A DNA stretch of 37,322 nucleotides from Perkinsus chesapeaki ATCC PRA-425 (lineage: Eukaryota; Protista; Perkinsozoa). The stretch is from NCBI GenBank assembly GCA_013115145.1, contig JAAPAO010000347.1:1-37322 (forward strand), written 5' to 3'. How positions within the stretch are numbered: the first letter of the stretch is position 1; each line of letters opens with the position of its first letter. The notes under the pieces were generated by a model. That model saw nothing but the letters and a program-made list of their open reading frames with translations, was not told the origin of the DNA and searched no databases. Positions 1-12,681 of the stretch are shown here, piece by piece. The position numbers were made by a program, and so were the translations under genes.

Positions 1-1
1 C

Positions 2-538
2 AACGGTTCTAGCTACAGCTGTCACCAGGTGATTGCAGCGCCTCTCCCAACCCCAGCGTCTATGGGATTTCCTTCAATAACTGGGAAAAACCGAGTAGAG
101 ATGACTGGCCTTCGAGTAGGTGACGCTCCCTATCCGAAGACGACATTGCCAGCTAAGGTTCTTTTTGATACCGGAACAAACGGAATTCTCTTGCCAGGAG
201 ATTCGTACGAAGATATTATCTTTGACCTCAAGTTCAACGGCAGGAAAAAAATCGGTATTGTTAAATACAGGGGTATGTATCGTCTGCGATGCGATGATAT
301 AGAATATCTCCCTTCAATCACTTTTTATATGAAAGCAGTAGGCGGAGAAGATGCCTTGTTGACAATAGAACCCCAAAGTTATGTAAGTTCGGTTGCCATG
401 ACCGAATTGAGGCTGTGCTCGATACTTATCATACCGGGCCCTGATGGAGAGGCTATCATTGGTGACCTTTCATTGATTGGCCATTATTTTCACTACAAAT
501 GGGACGAGAAGAAGATCGGCTTTGCCAAGTTAGCGTAA
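2..538 (+). CDS. Pepsin-like (A1) aspartic protease, C-terminal lobe; 5' part lies outside the window
   Basis: Frame is open from base 2 to TAA at 536-538. It has the second catalytic motif VLFDTGTNGILLP, the C-x-x-I-x-x-LP-x-ITF segment, and the terminal IIGD...HY...KKIGFA motif typical of pepsins. Confidence 0.85.
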   Translation, partial: NGSSYSCHQVIAAPLPTPASMGFPSITGKNRVEMTGLRVGDAPYPKTTLPAKVLFDTGTNGILLPGDSYEDIIFDLKFNGRKKIGIVKYRGMYRLRCDDIEYLPSITFYMKAVGGEDALLTIEPQSYVSSVAMTELRLCSILIIPGPDGEAIIGDLSLIGHYFHYKWDEKKIGFAKLA

Positions 539-1241
539 TGTTATTTCGCGAGAGGATGACTTCCCGTCTACTTGTGGGGGCTAGAGATCCCATTTCTATC
601 ATAATCATACTTTCTTTCTACTGAGGGCTTTTTGGTAGTCATGACACTCGTGATCGATTTGCTCCGCTGTGTGAGCTCTTTCCAGTCCTTTCCCTTGTAT
701 CATTTTGTCTCCCTACTTCCAGGGTTACAGAAGCCCAATCTACGTATCTGAATACCAACTCTGCCTTTAACTTATGGGGTCAAGGCCGGGCGATGTATGG
801 ACCATCGCTTACATGACATTGATTGTTCGATATTTTGTCTATGAACGGGATGACAATAAGATCGGTTCCGCCGACTTGGTATGCTAATACTTCAACTATT
901 CTTTTTAAGCTAATACTCCAATTTTCATTATTATTTTTTTACATAGAAGTAACAACAATCGAAGTGGCACCGAGCCGAGTCCCAACCCGGGTTGAAAGAA
1001 GCCATCATCACTCGTGGCTGAACACATCGGGATTGTCGTGCTTCAATATCGGCTTAGTCATTGGACTACTTTTCATGGTTCAACGCGGTGATGGGTTACG
1101 TCAATTCGTTTCGACACCTTAAGGATCATCCACAGTTTTAGCGTAGTTCTGAGTTGTGTCTGCTGAGTACCGACCGCGCCTTGCGACAACAAAGAAGTTC
1201 TGTGTAGGTCTAGATTTCACAGAGCGAGTTCTGGGACGAAC

Positions 1242-1586
1242 TTGAGCGAGCCCCCGGTAGACGCTGCGCTTCCAACTCTAGACAGTGGCTGGGGTTGCGA
1301 GAGGAGGAGTTTTACTATGCACACAACAGGGCCTTTTTATGGAGTGCAAAGCATCGGATCGGTCATATATAAATACTCATCGGACGATAATCGTCAATTA
1401 GTGAATGCCACTGCATTCTACCCTCAACCGAGAGTAATGTTACTGCGTCCACCTGGTGGAGCCTGTACCTGGAAAAGTGCTTCAAAGGAAGATATGCAGT
1501 GGTTGATCCACTTTGGTGATCCTTCTGTTAGTGATGAGGTTACCACCGTTCTGATTGGAGTTATTCGCATAGCTGTTACTGGATAG
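1242..1586 (+). CDS. Possible coding exon of an unknown protein
   Basis: 114-aa ORF with protein-like composition but no recognisable motif. No consistent spliced model could be built. Confidence 0.2.
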   Translation: MSEPPVDAALPTLDSGWGCERRSFTMHTTGPFYGVQSIGSVIYKYSSDDNRQLVNATAFYPQPRVMLLRPPGGACTWKSASKEDMQWLIHFGDPSVSDEVTTVLIGVIRIAVTG

Positions 1587-1941
1587 GCTGCTTTGATCAG
1601 TGCAATGCCCTCCTGGTGGTACGCCTGCCAATAGTCAAAACTAGCCTTCACGGGTGAACATCCAAAAATGAAACACACCGGCTACTGGTTCAAGGGCAGG
1701 CAGACTGCAAGAGCATTCCGCAGTTACGCCCTGCGAATTTAAAGGTGCTATACAGAATTCTTTCTTACTCTGCTTCTTCCCAGCCTCGCCATCATCACAG
1801 TGCATAGAACCTAACGCGGCAGATTCCACTAGCAACACATAAGAGTAGCGGGCGTTTAACCCACAACCCCTACTTATAGAGAACGATCCCTTGCCACCAG
1901 GTGGCGCGTGAACTTTAGTCATCGGCCTCCCGGTAATAGAA

Positions 1942-2567
1942 TTAGGCCCGTTGGGGTCGCTCTTTGAGGCGAAGCAGTTGGACGATATCCTAGAGCCAGA
2001 AATACGGAATGCGATCATGAACAGTTTACTTTTCTGAGTTATCCACCTTGGCCGTTTCATCGTGGGATAGACTCAACGAGGAGGCACCACCTGATGAAGT
2101 GAGACGGTCACGACATCTACCCCGATCGTTTGGTTACCAGGCGCATGGTGAACTCGAGTGCTGCTCCTCTTGCTCATCGCGGCACCTTAAGGAGCACATA
2201 GCAGTTGTTAGATTAGTAGCAGAGCCTCACCTTCCTGACAGAGTAGATGGCCAGCTGGGGCAGTTGGCTGGGCTTCCTCTACAGCGAATGGACAGGACTG
2301 GGTGGGCATTAGTATAAAGAGATAAAGGAGAAGTCTGCCAAGAGGGATAAGCTCATTATTATTGCGACCCAGACATGGGACTCGATATCGGGGATAATGA
2401 GAACAAGAGCAATATCAGGATACTGAGGACACAATATCATTCGCCCGTCGGCTGCACTGCGGTCCTTCTCGGCACCTCAGTTCGTTACTCGGGAAAACCT
2501 ACTTTACCCAGAATGGACAGACCTGGGCCACTAGCTGGAGGAATGGCAAACAGAAGCGCTCATCCAT
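1942..2567 (-). CDS. Small spliced hypothetical gene (ends uncertain)
   Basis: Three consecutive GT-AG introns of 45, 46 and 40 nt join in frame: EEAQPTAPAGHLLCQE|GAAMSKRSSTRVHHAP|GGASSLSLSHDETAKVDNSE. No family recognised. Confidence 0.4.
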
Positions 2568-2674
2568 GCTAACGAAACAGAGGTTCTGTGAATTAACCGA
2601 AAGTAACACATTAAAACGAAGAAGAAACGTGGGGCAATTTTGACGATGGTAATGAATGGACAGTAGTGAACTTA

Positions 2675-5600
2675 TCAGTCAGCTCTAGGCTTGGCGGCGG
2701 CAACACTCTTGAGCAGTTGTTGGTCTCCTCCTTGCTCTCCGACAACAACAACTTTGCTATCGGCGCTCCCTTTGCTCTTTAGCATCCCCTTCAGACTGTT
2801 GCTCACTTGCTTTCGTTGCACACCAGTTCCCTGCGTGGTATCGATCACCAGCTCGATCCACCCCTTAACACCATCATCGTCGCCTGTGAAGGCACACAGC
2901 ATTTTAATAGCATCAAAGAGAGGTGGACAGAGGAACAAGTTGTCAACCGAAGCCGGGGAGCCAGCAACTTCGCACTGCCGTCGGTAGAGTTCCCCGAGCA
3001 CCAAGAAGCCAGTTGTGCAAACTTTTACAACACCATCGAGCAGCGGTGTTTGCTTCCTGCCGGGATCACCGAGAAGATCCGTTAGGGCACCGTCACCCCC
3101 GAGGTAGGCTAATTGCGGCAGAGTCGCCAAGTTCTCGAGAGATGATCGAATGAAACACTCAACCATAGCAAGACAGAAGTTCTGCCGATCGTCAAGAGAG
3201 TCCGACAAAGCTGACCAGCAACGACACATAACAACGTTCATGAGGGATAGGGCTCCAAGAGTGAGGTGGGGGATGGCTAAGAGGCTCGACAGTGCTGCTA
3301 GCAGTGACCTGACCAGACAGAACTGAACGGAGGCACCGAGGAGGGACATGTCCCCCTGGAGGAGTGCATGCGATCATTCTTTTTTGCTCTACGAATTTCT
3401 ACGATTAAGCATTTGTTATGTATCTTCGCATCAGCAACGCTTTCTGGTTCTTGAGGAGCCCATTTCTGTGAGGTCATGGCTTCCTAACTTGGCATGAAGA
3501 AGCTCGCCTACTTTATTAGATGCTTGTCGTTCATATACGGCACAACATCATCGTCATTATCTCCGTCATCACTGTCGTTGTCGGAGTCCATCAAATCCAA
3601 TCCTTCGAAATGATTCCGATTCCTCAGTTGTCGCTTAGTAAGCGTTTTCCTGTCTGCTGGCAAGGACGATGACCTGACTCATACGTCCAGAGAGGAGATT
3701 GCTCATCCCTACTCGGCAGGTGCCAGCCTCAGGTCCACTCCGGCCTCGATCTGTGACAGCTTCAACAGCTCTCGGATGCTCTCCAGGACGGTTTTACCAC
3801 ATCTGGCAATGGCCGAGTAGAACAGCAGCGTGGAGTTGCCGGATTTGTCTCCTTGCGGGGCTCCCTTGTCATATACTTTACGAAGAGCCTGCATGGCATG
3901 CCTGAACCTGGAGGAGGTTGTGTCGTCTTACCGAAGGTACATTGGAGTAAAGGATTGTAGAGGCCTCCACCAGAGGACCGCTGGACGCATCTTTCAAGCC
4001 GGGCTGGATAGCATAACGCAATAACTGAACCAATATAATAAGGCAAGGAGGCAAGCAGATCTTTTACTAGTTCCAGATGGTTGGGCGACGTTCTACCAGA
4101 CTGCGCCGCGCTGACAGCTGCTCCAACCAGCTCGATGAGCCGACACTTCAACGTCGGTACCTGCCATCAAAGCCTATCAACTGGTGCCCATGTTCGCCTA
4201 TCCCTACCCTTCGCCATATCGTCGCCAAGGCGCCCAAAGCCCGATACACATTACACCGCAGCTGGTAGAGTTGCCTTCTGGACTTGTCGGTGCATCCCGG
4301 CACTCCAGGAGGCAGCGGGAACATCGCCTCCACAGTGCAAGGAGGCTTGTGGCCTGATACGAATGCGGAATGTGTTAGCAAGCCAGATATGTACCCATGA
4401 TGGATGTCCACTCGTCATGGCTCATATCGACAAGCTGGTCCTCTGCTGCTGAGCTTGATCGACGCTCGGCACAAGGAATCCACCAGGAACCCTAAAAATG
4501 CCAATGCCCGGAGTCGAACCGGCGACCTTTAGATTGAGAGCCTACGGAGCATCTGTTGTGCAAAAGGGTCATCCATTTCATCACCGACGGTGTAATGGCA
4601 TTAGCGAACTCCACCAATACCTGAGCAATCGCCCACTCTAATCGCCGAAAAATTCTCGCCTACCTCCTCCATCCCATCAATTGCCTTTTCCCCAGCCGCC
4701 TCGCCGGCCGATAAACAACTTAAGCACATCGAAAGAAGTTTGATAACCTGAACGCGGTGCCATAGGAAAGATCGGCGAAGGTCAGATCGGCACCTTCCTG
4801 GCAGTATCATCTGCCGTTTCTATAGCGATGCATTCGAATCTGCAGCTGTCTTGGGTGACCTTTACAAGGGTATTGGCGACCTCATCGTAAATGCATTTAG
4901 ATTCCTCGGGTGAAAGGCCGAGCAACAGGAGGCCCTCTACCGCCCAGCTGCAGGAGAGGACACCATGGTTGCGGGAGACCTGATACGAAATCATACCACA
5001 TTTCGCACAAATCATCAAATGATGTACCCCTGCCAGGGACGCTATAAGCTGGGTTTTGTCCAGGCTCATCGCTGAGAGCTTCTTGCAGATGGAGAGCACT
5101 GCGTTCTGCGCGCTTGTCATTATCGAAGTATTGAGGGAACCATCCTCCGGCATAGTCGTCGGCCGAGAACCATCATTCAACTGACCAACTAACCGTTGGA
5201 AGTCGCTAAAAAGCAGACTTACGCATTTCTCTAGGAGTCCACCAAGCACGTTGGGAGGCAATCTATCAGCAGCACAAGGCACGAACTCGTAAAAGCGCAT
5301 CAAATGTTCGGAGGTCCAACCAGTGTTGGAAATAGCTGCCTGAAGAATTGGAACTAGCAAGTAGGAACAGCAGACTTCAAGACCCACCACACAGGCTCTG
5401 GCGACAATGTTGCAGAGCAACCCCTTCAAATCTGTCTCGTCCAGATTGGCCTTCGGATCCTGGACGATCTGGCCACTGGGCTTGGCAGGGAGGACGAAGG
5501 GTTTCAGGAGACACTCTAAAATGCCAAGACCTGCAGAGTACCTGATAAGACATATGAAAGGACGACTTCGGCAAGAAGGCTTACTCCTTGAGATTGAGAT

Positions 5601-8600
5601 CATCTCTGTCCAGGATTGAGGCACACACCTTGACTGCAGTGGCGTGGCGCATAGATACCTCACTATCGGGTATGGACAACATTGTTCGCATAGTCCCCAA
5701 GGCATAGCCCTGAAGTGGAGCAACATTAGACTGGTGAGAAAGGAGGTTCAAATACGGACAGTCGTCTACTATCATAGCAGTGTGAATTCCTTGTCCACCA
5801 TACCAATACTATAACAGGGAAAAATTGACTTCCCGGCGGGAATTTGTCGCCACGCCTCCCCTTCATTTCCAACGAGATATAACCGTTAAAATCGCAGCGA
5901 AGCACGAGGGATTTCAGACCCTACCTTGCATTTGCTCAACAAGAGATTAATGTCATCGCCATAAGCCTCTCTATCTTCTTCGGACAGCCTCTTCCATACA
6001 GAACAGTATCTACGCGAATCGATAAATTGACGACGCATCTGACATCGCAAACCAACATACGCGTTGATCTCTACATTACCACCATTCGGCCCCATACCGG
6101 CCGTACGATAGTGTTGGTAGAGATCGGTCGAAGTGCGGTGGGGCTCCTTCTGGCAAACAACCCAAAGGTGATAGAAGTACTCTGAAACGGGCGGAGTTGT
6201 AATCGAAAGGCCATGGGTTCGATCCCCGCACCTGCCAATGTGTCCGGCTCATTCCACACTACCATTCGGCAGGGCCGGGAGTTCACACCAGAGCTGTTAT
6301 TAACCTCAGCGACAGTACGCGCACACACCCTACGAGCCAGCATCTCTAAAGCGGTCGAGGACGAGAGCTGTAGGTAGGGAGAAGGGTAACTGAAGAAATT
6401 CGACAAGTGCCCCGGGCGGTGTCGGCGTCACGTGACGCGATGTCTCCTACTTCCACATTCGCTTTATTGATTCAACTGCTACGCCAAGGTGGGATGGGTG
6501 ATGTATCAGAAAGCTGTAGGTCGAGCTCTCTATCATTTGCTGAGGTACAGGGTTAATAAGGGATTAAAAAAGTTACTGTATACCTGTAATAGATAGGCAG
6601 TCTGCCGATGCATCTCATAGACTGATGATTGGGAGGCTGTAATGGAGGCCTGAGGAGGAACGAGCTACTGTAGCCCATTTCTAAGCGAAAAGGTTATCAC
6701 ATATGTCTTGATAAAAAGCGTCGCGCTAAGGCCTCGAAGTACTTAGTTCCTGCCCTGTCCTCTATATTTTCCGGACGAGGTGAACGCCCGAAAATAACAG
6801 ATTTTTAGACCCCACGTAACATTTCCTCCCATACCAGCAACATCGATAAGAGCGAGAGAACAAGATGAAGGCTCCCCATTATTACCACATTAACCTTCTC
6901 CGACAGGCTACAGACTGCCAGTATGAGACGCCCAAGTTCTGCCTCTGTACAAGGTCTTATGCCCTCCGGTAACGGTACTGGCCTCGGCTTGGATATGTTC
7001 CTAATGACGTCAGTTATGGTATACTACCGGTGGTGCCTTACTCGGCAAAGACTTGAAGGGTTGATATCACTTCGAGGGCGAGATGACGGTCGGTAGTGTG
7101 GGCTAATATGTTCATAAGATAGACGTCAATCTCCAAGGTAAGTAGGAAATCGCAGCGACGGAACATAACACCTACAACCTGGGGAGTAAACTACCGCAAC
7201 AGGGAAAGCACCATGATTGCTAGCAAACGTCCCAAGTTCAAATCCCACACTCGCCGATTCGCCACTTACATAATGCTCGTAACATCCGCACTGTACTGAG
7301 ACTGAAATCTACCCTGTCCGGGAAGGCGGAAAGGAAATGACGCAGCATCTCGAAGAGGATAGGCTGGAACTCAGAGAAGCCTACAACCTGACATCAACGA
7401 CAAATTGAGATGCGCAGAGCTACGGCCGGTTATTCAAAACCAAGGACCAAGCCAAGAAGATATATTAGAAGATAGTGCAAGTAATACGATGATAGATAAG
7501 CCAGCTAAAGTTATGCATAAGCTCGAAAGAAGATGAGCCAGCTAAGGAATCCAGCTGAGGTGAAGTAGGATGAAGCCCATAGAAGAAAGAAGTTGTGCAC
7601 ACTGGAATGGATCCCTCCGGCTCTCTAGGGAGTCTCCTCAATCAGCTACTATCACGTCGCTGTTTTGAAGATGAAAAAGATGACCGCTAATAATGATTAA
7701 TAGAAGCTGAGTGCTGGAAGTAGCCCCCTCCACTAGTACAATGGCTTTCCGTCTATTTGCCGCTAGAACATATCCTTCCTTCTCGTCAGTTGCCTCAGAT
7801 AGCTCTGACACCAAGTCTATAGTGAAGCCTGATACCGACATGTACAACTATCCACCCACAGCAGTCACTACAAGCTTGCTCGCAATCGTTCGACGTAGCA
7901 GCACTGTTACCAAGTACTGTGATGATATCAGTCCACGCAGATGGCCAATCTCTAATGCATATCTCTACAATAGCCGATAGAAGCTTCCCCTTCAGGAACC
8001 TGTTCATCATCCGCTCACTACTCTATGACACGACGTAAAGACTCACTTAGGAATGGGGGCCTTCCCGGACATGCTACTGTTCTCCAAAGCCAATGCAGCA
8101 TCTTGAAGCGTGCTCCTGACTGCCTCCTTAGATGCCTCAAAGTAGCGGCCGCCATTGGGGCCGTCAGCTGACTGCCCCCAACGTCTGAACACTGTAGCTC
8201 TTCACTTGTCTATCATCACTCGTACTTCATGACGCCTTCCCTTATAAGCAGATTCAGTGCCTCCATGCCGACCTGTGGAGGGTACCGGCCGAGGTCCGAA
8301 ATAATAAGGCAGACACTTTCCAGCATCAGCGGACCTACGCCCAGAAAGGCAATGGTGGGGACGAAAGCGAAGCTCAAGAAGACCAAAATGTTACTAGGGC
8401 AGAGGACGTTCGCGAAATGCCTCGTGATAGACAGCTAAAAGCCATGAAAGAAATCCTTTGCGCTTCGTCCAAGTTGAGTATTAACTGGTCACCTCTACGA
8501 CAGCATTACCCAGCACGATGCGTGGCGTCGTCCATTGAACCACTACTATGACTCATACCAATAATTCCTCTATTACTTTCCCCAATATCCTTCAATTCCT

Positions 8601-8760
8601 TCATCTTAGCCTGTCTCTCCTCCATATTGCATCTCGGATCAGACAGCCGGCTTACCACAGCTACCAGCCGTTCAACAGTGCCTTCCACTTGAGGGGACAC
8701 TCCACTAGAAGACACCAAGGTGCTCCGAACCTCTTGCCGAGCAGCAGCCATCACTGTCAT
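2675..8760 (-). CDS. XPO5: Exportin-5/Msn5/HASTY-like karyopherin-beta, multi-exon
   Basis: The N-terminus VERLVAVVSRLSDPRCNMEERQAK resembles XPO5 (LVKAVTVMMDPNSTQRYRLEA). LLSAIVEICIRDWPSAWTDII matches the Xpo1-domain VEMIKREWPQHWPDML motif, followed by LAANRRKAIV (cf. LPPQRRRDIQ). Further Leu-rich helical exons occur at 4782-5726 and 2675-3349. A ~6 kb span suits a ~1100-1200 aa protein. That it is one gene end to end is an inference. Confidence 0.72.
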
Positions 8761-9247
8761 TTATAGGCAAATAAATAGGCAGGAGAGGCTCCTCTACTGC
8801 ATACACCATCACAACAGTTACCTCATAACAATGCGAAATACAATCAAGCCTGAGGTCAGTTAAGAGCTGCCCACACTAAGCATAACTTTTAATCCATTCC
8901 TACGTCATCCAAGTTTATTGCGTTCACATTCAGTGAAGAGTCCCAACAGTCATATAATCAATACTAAATACTGGAGTTGCACCCACGTCATGCAGAACGC
9001 CAGTGACGCATAACGTAACGCATAACACAACACGTTTTCCTAGTTTCAGATGTGAAACTGGTGAAACTCCTCTGTATTAATTGTTACGGATCAATATAAG
9101 TTCATTTTCAAGATGATGCGCATCCCCGGATATTAATTATTTGACTATCAACTAAAAGCAGCTTAAATTGTAACACATACACACACATCACAGCAACACA
9201 AAAACATTTGAACATGACTTTTGAACAAAATCATCCGATGAGGCATA

Positions 9248-10015
9248 CTACTTCTTCCCCTTTTTCGCTTCATAAATCATGTCACACATATACTTAAGAA
9301 TGCGTTCTACACTGCCGCTATCTCTTCTCTGAGATTGCTTGTAGTCTGGAGCATTATCGAACATATAATGGTGAATGTCCATCCACACCTTCCCACACTC
9401 GACCTCTACAGGATACTCCTTGGTGGGCAGCAGTCCATTCAAATTGACACCAAGATCCTTAAAGTCTCTTTGCCTGATCAAGACCAATAAAGGCTGAGCG
9501 ATTCCCTCCAGCTTGAGTCTTACGTGAAGTCATCAGCTGCCCTGGGCCCACATGAAACTCTGTCGACGGTGAGTGTACGAAGATTCCCACCATCTCCACT
9601 AGCCTCCGAGTGTTCCCTGGCTACTACGCTTCCTTCATCATCAACCCATTCAAAGTCGTCCAAAATATCATCACGCGGCGGCATTACTTTGGGTAACAGT
9701 GCGACCGTTACTAAGTTGTTATTAGCATAATACTTATCGCCCAGACGCTTCCTTGTATCAGTATCAATGTTGTCATTGGGGGTCATTTGTAGCTCTTTAT
9801 GAAGCGTGCATTTCTGGGCATTTTTAACGATGTTGGTGTGGACCTCTCCGGTGCCCTGATTCGTCCATGGCGACTAAGATGCACGAAGATGGCTTAGTTA
9901 CCTGCCAGGTATCGGATTTAGGATACGTATCCTTATAAGTTGATTTGGTCGTTTTAGGGGCAACTACGCTACTATCAATAAGGCAACCTGCGGTGATAAG
10001 GAAGAGCGATCGCAT
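9248..10015 (-). CDS. Putative secreted hypothetical protein, about 3 exons
   Basis: Signal-like start MRSLFLITAGCLIDSSVVA. A GT-AG intron after WQ joins in frame to the MTPND ORF (9520-9786). The last exon is 9248-9487. The second junction was not resolved. Confidence 0.55.
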
Positions 10016-10400
10016 ACTGGCCAAAAGTCGGCAATTCTGACAGACAAGTAATGCTGAAAGACCGCAAGACAGCAGTAGTGGAATAGAAGCCTCGAATGTC
10101 GTGAAAATAAATGATTCTGATATGATTTATCCCAGAATCCAGCGTATCTTTCATGGGAATTTAGGTGGGAAATTCCAGGGCTGCGCTTGAAGCTAAGATA
10201 CGCCAGAATTGGCAAACCAAAGCGAATGCTTAAGCAGTGATACATCTAGACGTGGGGGGTTAATCTACATAGGGCGAGTTGAATAAGTTGAATCACACGG
10301 TCGGCTAGTATAGGAAGATGCCCTGAAGGTTGATACTGCCAAGATGCTCGTAAAGCAAGGAGGGAGCCTGAAAGATATTTTGCGATGTAGCTTGTATGCA

Positions 10401-11522
10401 CTACTCACTCAAGGCTTCTGGACATCTGACTTCCCCATTTGATGATTGGACCAGGATATCCAAGGCTATTATAACGTCTAAAGGATTGTCCAAAAAGTTC
10501 AAGGCTCTGAGGATCTCTAATGTAAAAGGCCTCGACAGGACGCCGTCAATAGGCGAATCTACTTCGAATAAAAGCATATGGGTAACCTTCAGGACCAGAC
10601 TGGCAGTACGATTGCAACGATGAAACCGTTCGAGGGCCGACAGGAGCACTGGAAAGCAGTCGATATGACGGACGATTTGAGAAGCCTTCCCCTTGTTGTT
10701 TTCTAGTAACCGTAAGATACACTCCAAGACCAAGGTCATCATATCCGAGCTCTTAGTATCTTTACAAGATTCTACAAGGCTAAATAGAGCGTGTAAGCCC
10801 CCAGAAGAGGTAACACTATCTTGTAATGTCGCCCTGTACTTGCCAGCATTCTCTCGGCAAAGGGGGCTCACAAGCCCACAAGAAACCACAGAGTGTAATT
10901 CGTAGAGGCCCTTCATTTGATCAGCTTCGCACGGTGCCAGTAGCTTCGATAGGACCCCCTCTATCGATAGGGAGTCTTCTGACACTCTACTGCTTATAAA
11001 TGAAGGCAGCGACACTTCATTTGGGCATACCGGAGCCGGATAAGCGCTGAAAGCACTAAGCCGGCTATTAGCGACATCTCTCTGTACCACATATTGGCCA
11101 TGACATTTCAGATACTCCCGGATGGCCCAGAGGGAGAGAGCAGTGCTATCAGTTATAACAAGTGCGAGCGGAAGCAACGATCTCGACGTTCCAGCGCATA
11201 GGACATGTCCTACGGCGTCCGAGGCGTCCCATGATAGATTAAGGAGTCCAGCAGGGTCCTCTCGCTTGATAGCCCACCCAGCTCGCTTCAAAGGCTCTCT
11301 GGTAATCTTAAATACGTTCCTTAAATCGATTCTAGCGGAAGACTTCACACTCGAGCATCGAACAAAGAGCAAGTTGCGTTGAGCCCAGTAGTGGACCTTT
11401 TCATGGCCACTTATCGACATAGCTCTCCTGGATCTAGTAGAGCTCGACACGCTGATTGTTGGACAGTCAAGTAGCGCAATGTTATCACCATCAACAGCGA
11501 CACCTATCGTAAGGGGGGCCAT
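10401..11522 (-). CDS. Hypothetical protein with an ARM/HEAT-like C-terminal half (3' end may splice further)
   Basis: Stop-free frame of more than 1.1 kb from MAPLTIG. Helical repeats GGLHALFSLV / LVLECILRLL / CFPVLLSALERF resemble armadillo repeats. Confidence 0.6.
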   Translation of the reverse strand: MAPLTIGVAVDGDNIALLDCPTISVSSSTRSRRAMSISGHEKVHYWAQRNLLFVRCSSVKSSARIDLRNVFKITREPLKRAGWAIKREDPAGLLNLSWDASDAVGHVLCAGTSRSLLPLALVITDSTALSLWAIREYLKCHGQYVVQRDVANSRLSAFSAYPAPVCPNEVSLPSFISSRVSEDSLSIEGVLSKLLAPCEADQMKGLYELHSVVSCGLVSPLCRENAGKYRATLQDSVTSSGGLHALFSLVESCKDTKSSDMMTLVLECILRLLENNKGKASQIVRHIDCFPVLLSALERFHRCNRTASLVLKVTHMLLFEVDSPIDGVLSRPFTLEILRALNFLDNPLDVIIALDILVQSSNGEVRCPEALSE

Positions 11523-11639
11523 GGAAAAGTTTGGCAGGAATTCGGAGCAGGCGTCGAAGTTGAGTAGATGCAAGAAGTAAGAAGATTTCAAGATTTAACC
11601 GCTCACTTCCGTCCTCGTCTCTCCTACGTAGTTCAAACG

Positions 11640-12655
11640 ATGAGATTAACACTCGAATTACTGCTCGTTTGCGAGTCACTAATCACCCTGGTCAAGTGCT
11701 CTACTGGTGGTTCTGCCGATGAGAGCCTCACAAGCGAAAGCAGTTCCAATGATACGTATTACACGGCACAAAGCTCCGTTGAAACTGATGATGATTCGGG
11801 TGATTCGGGTAGTAGCGGTTATCAGTCACCTGCTGATAGTCTTGACGACATTGACGGGAATACATGCCCACAAGGTTACACAAATGTCATTTTTACAAAG
11901 GTGAGATATTTGTATGCGACAGAAAGTACTCATGTTTCAGGAGAATGTTAAAAAGGCTACGAACAAACAAGGCATGACTTTATGTACTTTTAGTCTGGTT
12001 GATACTGGATCTTTGAATTCTCTGTCATTTGAGATCTGGCCCGATAAGAGTGTGACTCTCTTCTCCTCATATTGCCCTGTTAAGGGGGGACTTGATGAAC
12101 GACCGTTGTAAGTTGCGCTGTACATTCCTATCACTTCCTGATCGCATCTTTGTCAGTGAATGCGTAGAAGGTCCGTTATTCCACCGTGTGAATAACAAAT
12201 GCTACCTTTGGCAAATAGACAATCTGGACAGAAGCGCCGGCATGAAATCCTTCACTGTCCTCGACCGTAGACTCCTGCCTTCTGATTCATATCATGACCT
12301 ACCTAGTATCCTCGAGGACAGCACGGATTCTTCGGAGCGTTCATCCAGTGACCCCTCCCCGACAGAAGAGGATCAAACAGATGGGATGCTATCTAAGCAA
12401 TTTAAAAGTCTAGGAAGAAGGCCTCGCAAACGGGAGCGCCGTACACCTGTTAAGCCGAAGCAGCCAGTTACCAGCGTGTCATACAAGGCTGACGATACAT
12501 CTTCAAAACAGTGCGAGTCAATTTTCATGTATGTCGAGTACGTCCTGAGGTGCACCAGACCGAGCTATGGCAAGGCCTTGATAGGAAAGAATGCCGCCAC
12601 AATCCGTAGGCAGTTCCTTGAGGAGTTCTGCAGTAGTGTTGTATTCAAGATATGA
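11640..12655 (+). CDS. Putative secreted protein with an acidic Ser-rich N-region and a basic patch
   Basis: Signal-like MRLTLELLLVCESLITLVKCS. A 40-nt intron (gtgaga...tttcag) after VIFTK joins in frame to ENVKK. The last exon ends at TGA 12653-12655 and contains GRRPRKRERR. Confidence 0.6.
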
Positions 12656-12681
12656 TCCATATCCGGATCAACGCATGTGTT

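Noticed and set aside
1413-1911. Apparent protein repeat AFxPQP...PPGGA twice
   Set aside because: The PPGG part comes from the palindrome CCACCWGGTGG, which reads PPGG on either strand, and the second copy could not be placed in a stop-free spliced frame.
6165-6237. tRNA-like GGGTTCGATCCCC...CCA
   Set aside because: Only a weak T-arm forms, with no matching acceptor or D stems. It is the antisense of an exportin exon (AGAGIEPM).
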